Source: Bugula neritina
Lineage: Eukaryota; Animalia; Bryozoa
DNA: 64,000 nt
Assembly: GCA_964035545.1 (NCBI GenBank)
Contig: OZ037771.1
Coordinates: 941,628 to 1,005,627 of the forward strand
Direction of reading: 5' to 3'
Both the position numbers and the translations under genes were made by a program. Of the stretch, positions 23,554 to 34,900 are shown in pieces. The notes below the pieces were generated by a model. That model was not told where the DNA came from, searched no databases, and was given only the letters and a program-made list of their open reading frames with translations. The first letter of the stretch is position 1. Every line of letters starts with the position of its first letter.

Positions 23554-26500
23554 ATGGTAAGTTATACTTACTTCTACTCTACCACATCTTAGCTGTAGCA
23601 CTTGCTGGGAGTATAGTAGAATAACAGTTAGTGTTATTATTTTATCGCCTCTTTAATGACTAAGTTTGGGTTCATTTGAACTGATGTCTCTATTGTGGCT
23701 GCACTCTCTATGTACATGTATATCTACACCTACTAGTGGAACTGTGTATGTACATGTATATCTACACCTACTAGTGGAACTGTGTATGTACACATTTACA
23801 ATTACTAATATAACTGTGTATGTAAACCTACCAGCTACATGAAAATGAAATTACTTAATAACATTTTCAGCAAGTGAAGTGGAAGCGTGATGTTCTAAAG
23901 ACTCACATTAAATGTATGGAAATTTTCGAAAGAGAGAATCGATACTGTATTATTAGAATTAAGTAGGTGTTTTCTGAACCACCTGCCAGTTGAGTCATGG
24001 GCAATCATGACAGGTACAGCAAGTGCCCTATCACGGGCTTTCCATGTACCGATCTCAGATCGATCTCAGCAAGATCGATCTGAGAAATGTGCTCAGATCG
24101 ATCATTTTTCCATGGGAGTGTCAGATCAATCTCTCGAAGTTGCCTCCTCTTAAGTGAAGGATACTTTAAAAGTATAATTTGTTCACCTATTTGAGTGATT
24201 AAAGCTACTACTGTTGAAAACAAGATGGTAGTAGTCTAAAATTTAATCCCAGCTATAAAATATACGCAGCAAAGCTTTCAGTGTATGGTAATTTGGCCAA
24301 TTTAAAATAATTAATTTTAATCTTTTAGCTTGACAGCTTATATAAAATTAATGGCTGTCTTGCAGATTATTAATAAACTTACAGGATTGTTAGGCTTAAA
24401 ATTACAAAGAAAATAGCTAATGAAACTAAGTTTTGATAGTCATTTAAATTCAATTTAAATTTTCCCATTTTTTTACCCTCTACTGCATATAATTGAGTTT
24501 TCTTAATCACTGTACTGAAAGTCAAAGTTTTGGCATCTGAAAAAGTGGCTATCATGATTATTAAATACTTTGCTTAGTAATTATCAATAACTTATCATTT
24601 TTATTAGCAGACAACATTGTAGCGCGCAGTCTTTTTCTACTTCTCAGATCGATCTGGCGTCTTTCCATGGTCTTATTGTCATGAGATCGATCTTTGGCGT
24701 CTTTCCATGGATCGATCTCATGGAAAGCCGGTGTATGTGCTCTATGCTACCACTTGACATCTGTACAGTTAACCTTAACTCCCAACCTGGAGACATAAAT
24801 TTGAAGCTATAGTAACTGATAGCACGTGTGTAGTAAGTAGGTCATCTCTGTTTATCCAGAGAGCATACAGCAGCAGGTGGTAAGCTATTTTATTGCCTGT
24901 ACCATCTCTGCTTACCAATACATATGAAGAAGGGATCCTAAACTTATTAAGTATTGTATTTTGCTATTTTAGAGTCAAATACACAAGACATGGATATTGA
25001 GTGTACTGGTAGTTGTGCTCTCTCTGTATACAAGTCGGGCAGCTGAGATCAGCTGGATAGGTAACTGGCTCTACTCTGTACAATACTTGCTCAGCTCATA
25101 GCATTGGCAAATACAGCTGTCTCAGCTCTGAACTGTCTTTATTGTCGACTATCAGTGTTATAGCAGCATACATATCACGCTGCCATAGGTGGAGCCTGTT
25201 GAACAGGTGCTGACCATGTCATTGAAATGTAAAAGTGTCAAGTTTTTATCCTAACCTGTCATTCCACTCAAGTATATAGTACTATGAACTAGTGGAGTAG
25301 TGAATTCAAATGGTTTGTGTTTCGTGTCTAGTCTTTAGCAAACAAAGTAGAATGCATGACAAAAAGTGACAACGTTTTAATACGGAGTTATACTTGAAGC
25401 TGTTTAAGTTGAGGTTCTTATCAAATATCAAAGTTTAGGCAGAAAAAAGAAATAAATATTTGACATAATATTTTTACGAACATAAAAAGACTTTAGGTGA
25501 GCCGTTGGCCAGACTATGTGCAGTTCATGTGTCATTATATACTAACTATGTATATTAGCCTGTATTATTATATACTAACTATGTATATCAGCCTGTATTA
25601 TTATATACTAACTATGTATATTAGCCTGTATTATTATATACTAACTATGTATATTAGCCTGTATTATTATATACTAACTATGTATATTAGCCTGTATTAT
25701 TATATACTAACTATGTATATTAGCCTGTATTATTATATACTAACTATGTATATCAGCCTGTATTATTATATACTAACTATGTATATTAGCCTGTATTATT
25801 ATATACTAACTATGTATATTAGCCTGTATTATTATATACTAACTATGTATATTAGCCTGTATTATTATATACTAACTATGTATATTAGCCTGTATTATTA
25901 TATACTAACTATGTATATTAGCCTGTATTATTATATACTAACTATGTATATTAGCCTGTATTATTATATACTAACTATGTATATTAACCTGTATTATTAT
26001 ATACTAACTATGTATATTAGCCTGTATTATTATATACTAACTATGTATATTAGCCTGTATTATAATATACTAACTATGTATATTAGCCTGTATTATTATA
26101 TACTAACTATGTATATTAACCTGTATTATTATATACTAACTATGTATATTAACCTGTATTATAATATACTAACTATGTATATTAACCTGTATTATTATAT
26201 ACTAACTATGTATATTAGCCTGTATTATAATATACTAACTATGTATATTAGCCTGTATTATTATATACTAACTATGTATATTAACCTGTATTATAATATA
26301 CTAACTATGTATATTAACCTGTATTATTATATACTAACTATGTATATTAGCCTGTATTATAATATACTAACTATGTATATTAGCCTGTATTATTATATAC
26401 TAACTATGTATATTAGCCTGTATTATAATATACTAACTATGTATATTAGCCTGTATTATTATATACTAACTATGTATATTAGCCTGTATTATTATATACT

Positions 26501-29500
26501 AACTATGTATATTAGCCTGTATTATAATATACTAACTATGTATATTAGCCTGTATTATTATATACTAACTATGTATATTAGCCTGTATTATAATATACTA
26601 ACTATGTATATTAGCCTGTATTATTATATACTAACTATGTATATTAACCTGTATTATTATATACTAACTATGTATATTAGCCTGTATTATTATATACTAA
26701 CTATGTATATTAGCCTGTATTATTATATACTAACTATGTATATTAACCTGTATTATTATATACTAACTATGTATATTAGCCTGTATTATTATATACTAAC
26801 TATGTATATTAGCCCACATTATTATATACTAACTATGTATATTAGCCCACATTATTATATACTAACTATGTATATTAGCCTGTATTATAATATACTAACT
26901 ATGTATATTAGCCTGTATTATTATATACTAACTATGTATATTAACCTGTATTATTATATACTAACTATGTATATTAGCCTGTATTATAATATACTAACTA
27001 TGTATATTAGCCTGTATTATTATATACTAACTATGTATATTAACCTGTATTATTATATACTAACTATGTATATTAGCCTGTATTATTATATACTAACTAT
27101 GTATATTAGCCCACATTATTATATACTAACTATGTATATTAGCCCACATTATTATATACTAACTATGTATATTAGCCTGTATTATTATATACTAACTATG
27201 TATATTAGCCCACATTATTATAAACTAACTATGTATATTAGCCTGTATTATATACTAACTATGTATATTAACCTGTATTATTATATACTAACTATGTATA
27301 TTAGCCTGTATTATTATATACTAACTATGTATATTAGCCTGTATTATAATATACTAACTATGTATATTAGCCTGTATTATTATATACTAACTATGTATAT
27401 TAACCTGTATTATTATATACTAACTATGTATATTAGCCTGTATTATAATATACTAACTATGTATATTAGCCTGTATTATTATATACTAACTATGTATATT
27501 AACCTGTATTATTATATACTAACTATGTATATTAGCCTGTATTATATACTAACTATGTATATTAGCCTGTATTATTATATACTAACTATGTATATTAGCC
27601 CACATTATTATATACTAACTATGTATATTAGCCCACATTATTATATACTAACTATGTATATTAGCCTGTATTATTATATACTAACTATGTATATTAGCCC
27701 ACATTATTATAAACTAACTATGTATATTAGCCTGTATTATATACTAACTATGTATATTAACCTGTATTATTATATACTAACTATGTATATTAGCCTGTAT
27801 TATTATATACTAACTATGTATATTAGCCTGTATTATTATATACTAACTATGTATATTAGCCTGTATTATTATATACTAACTATGTATATTAGCCCACATT
27901 ATTATATACTAACTATGTATATTAGCCTGTATTATTATATACTCTCTTTTAGGGACATACAAGTGGGCGGCTGCCACCACACTTGGTGCCAACATCACCT
28001 TCCATTGTGTTCTGCAAGACAACGGCACAGATGTGCTGCCAGAAAATGCAACTGCTATGACAAACACTGCCCAGTGGCGGCTGGTTGGTGACTCAACTCT
28101 GCGGAAAGACAGTTACTCTGTTGAGAATAAGTGAGTCATTCTATTGAGAATAAGTGAGTCATTATATTGAGAATAAGTGAGTCATTCTATTGAGAATAAG
28201 TGAGTCATTCTATTGAGAATAAGCGAGTCATTATATTGAGAATAAGTGAGTCATTCTATTGAGAATAAGTGAGTGAACTCTGCTAACTAGGAGTTATCTT
28301 TACATTAGTTATAATGCTACGTCTTGGAGGTGGTTGACTATTTCATTTTATCTAAACTTTTGTGCGGCTGAAATAATAAATTCCACTCCCAATTTAACAT
28401 ATAGACAAGAGTCAAATATTAGAATAGACTAGTATTGGTAAAACAAGGCATACTAGAGGGTTACTGATAATCACTACATCTCCACAAATGTTCGCCATTA
28501 ATTCCATTCACTACAACTTTTTGAGAGGATAACTCTAATTACACTCTCAACTGCTGCCCAGTAGCATGGGATAGAGGCAGCACCTGATGACCTTTAGTGT
28601 CAGGTCACATGGCTCCTTTGCTGCCTTGAGCTTACCATGAAACTCTTGTGTTGCAGAGTTGTAAAAGGAGACCAACTTCTCATCATGGGTGTGTCAGAGG
28701 CAGACAAAGGGATCTACATGTGCCGCGTGGACCTACAGTGCTCTGTTGTGGTTAGTATAAAACTATCTGAATTTACTAGATGACCCTGTTGAAGGTACTG
28801 TATCACCACATCCCCCTCCACTCCCCACCTGATTGCTATATTGGTATGATCATGTGGTATAGCACAATATTAGGCAATAAAATCTTAGAGAATTGTCCAG
28901 TTAAATATAATATTATATACAACTACTCTAGTATGTAGTATATATTGCATGTTGTTACAGGATGGATGTGACGGCAAGACAGAGATGTGGTACAAGCATG
29001 GACTGAATCTAAATGGCCCCCTTTATACGGACCTGCTAGAGAAATACACTAGAAACATCATAACGGGGAGCATTGCTGCTGCCAGCGTAACAAGTCAGTA
29101 TTACTTGAGTTTCATTACTTCTAATATTTCTAATATACTTGGAAAAAAATTCAGAATGAAAATAAATAGGTTTCAAAACGGAAATTTGCAGACCCTGCAA
29201 GTGGTAGCTCAGGGGTGATGGCTTTATGTTTCAAAACGGTGTTTTGTGAGTTCAAAATTCAGCTATTGATGGCTTTTTTTCAGTGTAAATATTTTCAAAA
29301 TTAAAAATCAGCAGGTTTTAAAAGTAGGATATTTGGAGAGTACAAGTGCTAGCTCAGTGGTAGTGGTTTGGTCTTGAAATCCGGCATTTTGTGAGTTCTA
29401 AACTCAGTTAACTTTTTTAAAAAAAAAATTTCTACATAGATATTTCATAATAAAAAACAGTAGGTTTTAAGAAAGTTGAATAAGAAGGTACAAGCGGTAG

Positions 29501-31588
29501 CTCAGTGGTAGAGGTTTGGTCTTGTAATCCTGTGTTTTCTGGGTTCAAAATTCAGTTATTTACTAAAAAATATTATTTTTTCTATAAAAATACTTTTAAA
29601 ATGAAATGTGAAATAGCATTTTTAGGTGCACAATGGGAAGGTACAGGCGGTAGTAGAGTGGTAGAGGCTTAGTCTTGTAATCCTATGATTGTGGGTTCAA
29701 GCCTCTGCCTCTGTATGGTGCTTACCTGGGTGTAGTTATATATTTTGCTGTAAAATAAATTGAACTGGTAAGCATCAGATGAACTAGTATGTCTTCTTTC
29801 AAGGGGGACCCAAAGTAGCACAGTGGTAGAGCTCATGTTCAGACACTTCAGAGGTGTGGGTTCAAATCCAGGTTGAGCTCAACTCATTGAAGTCTTCTAG
29901 GAGTCTCACTCTCTCAGGCACTCTATATAATCAGTGAGAGCCAATAAGAAATAATTATTTTGCTAAAATTTTCTATTTTGCTATTACTAAATCTTAGCAA
30001 AATATTTATTTCTTATTGGCCCGAGTGCCTGAGAGAGTGAGACTCCTAGAAGACTTCAATGAGTTGAGCTCAACCTGGATTTGAACCCACACCTCTGAAG
30101 TGTCTGAACATGAGCTCTACCACTGTGCTACTTTGGGTCCCCCTTGAAAGAAGACATACTAGTTCATCTGATGCTTACCAGTTCAATTTATTTTACAGCA
30201 AAATATATAACTACACCCAGGTAAGCACCATACAGAGGCAGAGGCTTGAACCCACAATCATAGGATTACAAGACTAAGCCTCTACCACTGAGCTACCGCC
30301 TGTACCTTCCCATTGTGCACCTAAAAATGCTATTTCACATTTCATTTTAAAAGTATTTTTATAGAAAAAATAATATTTTTTAGTAAATAACTGAATTTTG
30401 AACCCAGAAAACACAGGATTACAAGACCAAACCTCTACCACTGAGCTACCGCTTGTACCTTCTTATTCAACATTCTTAAAACCTACTGTTTTTCATTATG
30501 AAATATCTATGTAGAAAATTTTTTTTTTAAAAAGTTAACTGAGTTTAGAACTCACAAAATGCCAGATTTCAAGACCAAACCACTACCGCTGAGCTAGCAC
30601 TTGTACTCTCCAAATATCCTACTTTTAAAACCTGCTGATTTTTAATTTTGAAAATATAATGAATTTGTCATGTTCTACCCCAAAAAGTAAATACATATGC
30701 CTTAGCCGCAACCCCACAGGCATAAATGTACGGTTGAGCCAATATTATTCTCGTCCAGTAGACAGTGTTTTTTATATTGCTATCTTTAGAAACTTATATC
30801 AAGATGCAACTGTTGTCTTAGACAAGCCAGCCGATTGTGGTACTCATAATATGATTTCCTGGCGCTTATTGAGCAACTTGACTTGTCAGACTTGGAAAAA
30901 ACTTAAACTAAATTTCCTCAATCCTGACTAGTTGTTTAATTTTACAAGAAATTCTATCAGCCAAAAGTGGGATAAAAAGAATTTGTACTAAAATAATTAT
31001 TACAAATTAGCCCATCAGTGGCCAGTATAAAATAGTAATATATTACGCCTTTTAATCTCTAAATTTAAGAGTGCCAAGAGCAACAATTACAAATTTTTTT
31101 TCTGGTATTACACTATACCTACAAGCATACTACATCTATAATATATCTACAAGTACAGTATATTTACACTATACCTACAAGCATACTACATCTATAATAT
31201 ATCTACAAGTACAGTATATTTACACTATACCTACAAGCATACTACATCTATAATATATCTACAAGTACAGTATATTTACACTATACCTACAAGCATACTA
31301 CATCTATAATATATCTACAAGTACAGTATATCTACACTATATTTACAAGTATACTATATCTACAAGTACAGTATATCTACACTATATCTACAAGTATACT
31401 ATATCTACAAGTACACTATATCTACACTATATTTACAAGTATACTATATCTATATTTTAGCGATATTCGCACTCCTCTGCTTAGTCTACAAGTTCCGACA
31501 CAAACAGCCCGAGGAATATGACCCTGACACTGAGCTGGACACATACACAGGAAACAAGATGTCTGCTGAAATCAAAACAGAGCTGTAA
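23554..31588 (+). CDS. Orphan single immunoglobulin-domain type I membrane protein (~207 aa)
   Basis: Exons 23554-23556 (ATG|gtaagt), 24973-25060, 27953-28130, 28657-28750, 28961-29093, 31461-31588 are phase-compatible. Signal peptide WILSVLVVVLSLYTSRA; Ig motifs GANITFHC..W..LLIMGVSEADKGIYMC; TM IITGSIAAASVTTIFALLCLVY; tail ends -KTEL. The ATG micro-exon is the least certain part. Confidence 0.8.
24032..24733. mobile_element. Non-autonomous TIR DNA transposon (MITE), CAC..GTG ends, 3-bp TSD (CMC/EnSpm-like)
   Basis: TIR cacgggctttccatg / catggaaagccggtg (14/15 match), flanked by TAT on both sides; ~7 subterminal AGATCGATCT-type palindromes; no coding capacity. Confidence 0.8.
25532..27942. 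repeat. 33-bp minisatellite, ~73 copies (ctaactatgtatattagcctgtattattatata)
   Basis: Direct observation; explains the spurious 864-aa ORF; ends a few nt before the exon acceptor at 27952. Confidence 0.97.
28121..28275 (+). repeat. 23-bp tandem repeat duplicating the splice donor of Ig-gene exon 3
   Basis: ttgagaataa|gtgagtcattcta about 7 copies; the first copy is the true junction. Confidence 0.9.
29196..29880 (+). pseudogene. Array of five degenerate tRNA-like (tRNA-Thr(UGU)-related or SINE-head) units, ~150-bp period
   Basis: Units at ~29196, 29341, 29489, 29641, 29808 each have A-box TAGCTCAGTGGTAGAG-like and B-box GGTTCAA-like sequence; GGTCTTGTAA anticodon arm in the middle units; stems are imperfect, so not functional tRNAs. 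Confidence 0.75.
29289..30657. repeat. Long inverted repeat (635-bp arms, ~98-99% identical) made of tandem tRNA-derived units; foldback-like element
   Basis: Arms 29289-29923 and 30023-30657 are reverse complements with roughly 9 mismatches; inner stem 29940-29970 / 29989-30020. Confidence 0.95.
30066..30605 (-). pseudogene. Mirror copy of four tRNA-like units in the right arm
   Basis: Reverse complement of the left-arm units; the copy at ~30230-30305 retains an intact TAGCTCAGTGGTAGAG A-box. Confidence 0.75.
31108..31452. repeat. ~54-57-bp compound minisatellite ending at the acceptor of the last Ig-gene exon
   Basis: tacactatacctacaagcatactacatctataatatatctacaagtacagtatatt repeats. Confidence 0.85.
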
Positions 31589-31995
31589 GCCTCTTTGTTT
31601 AGGAAGCAAGCAACAAAGACTAAAATTAACTATTAATATATTACTAAAAGAAACAGAATATTGCTATGAAATTAAGAAACCCCTGCATTTGAGAAATAAC
31701 ATAACGTAGTGGCTAGTTGGCATTTATTTATGTTTTAATGTGCACTTTGTTCAAAATTCTGAAAATGCATTCTAAATTTAATATTTATAAATTGTCAAAT
31801 AAAGTAAAAGACATTTCAACAACTAGTATTTGCATAGCAAAGATGAAGTAACTTATATAAACTATAAATACAATCCTGTTGCTATAGCAACATAAACTGC
31901 ACAGATTACACCTGCTTCTTCTACTGACCGCAGAATGCTTTTATAAATAATTGAAAAATTATCTAAGCTGGTTAGACACTGAATATGGGGAGTTG

Positions 31996-34900
31996 TCACC
32001 TCTCTTGAATATAAAACATTTCTTGTTTCTGGAAATCTAAATCACTGAATGTCTGTTCTAAAGGGAGTTCGGATATTTTACGTCGTGGGAAGTTTGAAAC
32101 TATTTCATATTTTTTTTCATCAAACCCAAGGCTGCGGACGTATAAGACCAGAGCCTAAAATTAATAACTGGAGTGTGAATATATAAACTAAGGCTCATTG
32201 CATACATACTAAACTCAACACTATAAAGTACTCATACTATAAAGTACTCATACTATAATAAAGTACTCACACTATAAAGTACTCATACTATAGAGTACTC
32301 ATACTATAAAGTACTCATACTATAAAGTACTCATACTATAAAGTACTAACACTATCAAGTACTCATACTATAAAGTACTCACACTATAAAGTACTCACAC
32401 TATAAAGTACTCATACTATCAAGTATTCATACTATAAAGTACTCACACTATAAAGTACTCATACTATAATAAAGTACTCACACTATAAAGTACTCACACT
32501 ATCAAGTACTCATACTATAAAGTACTCACACTAGACATTCTAACAGGTGCTAATAAAGCATAGAATTATTTTATCCAGACAGAGAAACAAGACTCGTAAT
32601 GCATATATGATGTTTTCACACCGATTCGAACTACTAACAAATATTCACATGACCCTCACCTTCAACTTAGACTGTGACTTGACGCACCACTGACACCTGG
32701 ATTGGTCGGGTTTTCTAAGTAATATCTGAACGTCAGTGCCTAGAAAGTAGAGAACTCAAGCTATTACACCACCAGTCACTATTACATCACCAGCCAGGTT
32801 ACAATAAGAAGAGTATACCATGACACAAGAGAGGTGTACCTACCGTGGACAGATGTGTACTCTCTCCAGTCTGAGCTCTCTGGATGTGTGTCGTGTGGAC
32901 TCTGTTTAGATAGTATGTTCTGAGTACTGTCTGTGTGTGAGGTATTGTGTACACTATTGTTAGGAGTTGTGTTCCCTGTAGCGCTTTGTGAAGATTTTAT
33001 AGATTGAACACCTGACTGGAGTTGTTTTCCCTTATTTTTGGACGGTTTACTGTCTTCCTACAACAATGGAGTAGAGTTCAGTATGATTTGTATAAGCGAC
33101 TTTCAGACTCTGCAAACCCTACGTCTCAGATTTTCTACATGCTCAGTCTACTGTTGGTATATAGCTAGTCTATAGTCAGTCTATAGCTAGTATATAGTCA
33201 GTCTACTGTTGGTCTATAGCTAATCTATAGCTAGTCTGTAATTAGTATATAGTCAGTCTATAGCTAGTATATAGTCAGTCTACTGTTGGTATATAGCTAG
33301 TCTATAGCTAGTATATAGTCAGTCTACTGTTGGTATATAGCTAGTCTATAGTTAGTTTATAGTCAGTCTACTGTTGGTATATAGCTAATCTATAGCTAGT
33401 ATATAGTCAGTCTACTGTTGGTATATAGCTAGTCTATAGCTAGTATATAGTCAGTCTACTGTTGGTATATAGCTAGTCTATAGTCAGTCTACTGTTGGTA
33501 TATAGCTAGTATATAGTCAGTCTACTGTTGGTGTATAGCTAGTCTATAGTCAGTCTACTGTTGGTGTATAGCTAGTCTATAGCTAGTCTATATTTAGTTT
33601 ATACTACCAATACAGAACAAATAAAATTATTTATATTTACACAAAAGTTTCTACAAAACAAGTCGGTAAGTACAAATAGCACATCCTGTGAGTCCAGTGC
33701 ATAACATAAACAAGCGACAGCAGTGCACTATTTACATCTCTACATTTAATACAAGTACACTAATACACACATGATCGCTGCTGCCGCTGTCTGAACCTGA
33801 GAAAGTCTCTAGGTCGCTGCCGGAGTCTGACTCATAGACGAGATCTTCCTTCTGCTGATTCTCTACAAGGGAGGCCTGTATGGCTGCCTCTAACTGCAGC
33901 TCCTCACTAGCTTCTAGCTTCGGATTAATGGCAATCTGCAGCAGACACTAAACTGTTATCTGCAGCAGATACTAAACTGTTATCTGCAGCAGATACTAAA
34001 CTGTTATCTGCAGCAGATACTAAACTATATATACACACACTGTAATATATACACTGTAATATACACACTGTAATATATGCACTGTAATATACACACTGTA
34101 ATATACACACTGTAATATACGCACTGTAATATACACACTGTAATATACACACTGTAATATACACACTGTAATATACGCACTGTAATATATGCACTGTAAT
34201 ATACGCACTGTAATATACGCACTGTAATATACGCACTGTAATATACGCACTGTAATATATGCACTGTCATATATGCACTGTAATACACGCACTGTAATAT
34301 ACGCACTGTAATATATGCACCGTCATATATGCACTGTAATATATGCACTGTAATATATACACTGTAATACCTTGTAAGGTGAATTTGTCACAGAACTGCA
34401 TTCTGTACCATCTGGTTTAGAGTGAACTCGAATAAATTCCTCCAACTCCTACAACAGGTAGTCTGAGTTGAACAACACGTAGTCTTAGTTGAACAACAGC
34501 TAGTCTGAGTTGAACAACAGGTAATCTGAGTTAAACACTAGAAACAACCTTGGGATGAAATAGCCCAAGGTCCAAGGAATGTGAGTGACATCATGCTGTA
34601 GGACTGACCTGTGTGAATGACTTAAGAGTGACTGCGTTCCAGGTGTGTTGCAGCTCCGCAGTTAATGGATGTAGGATGGATATGTACGGCCAATGAGCCA
34701 CAGGATAAAATTGAATAAACTTGCTACCTTCGGCGCTGTCGTGGTACACCTGGAAAAAGAGAATACATACTAGAACAATCTAGAACACATATTATGTGTG
34801 CAAGATGAAACGATGTTTGCAGTGTATGAGGGAGAAATGGTACACACATATTACATAGTATCCCAAGTTCTACGTGGTGTAATACGGTATACTATGTGAT

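Noticed and set aside
25497-28091. 864-aa ORF of YYYILTMYISL repeats
   Set aside because: Product of a 33-bp intronic minisatellite; GTG start; out of frame with the real Ig exon at 27953
29196-30657. Functional tRNA gene cluster or CRISPR-like array
   Set aside because: Cloverleaf stems are broken; spacers are mutually related AT-rich sequence rather than unique; eukaryotic context with no cas genes
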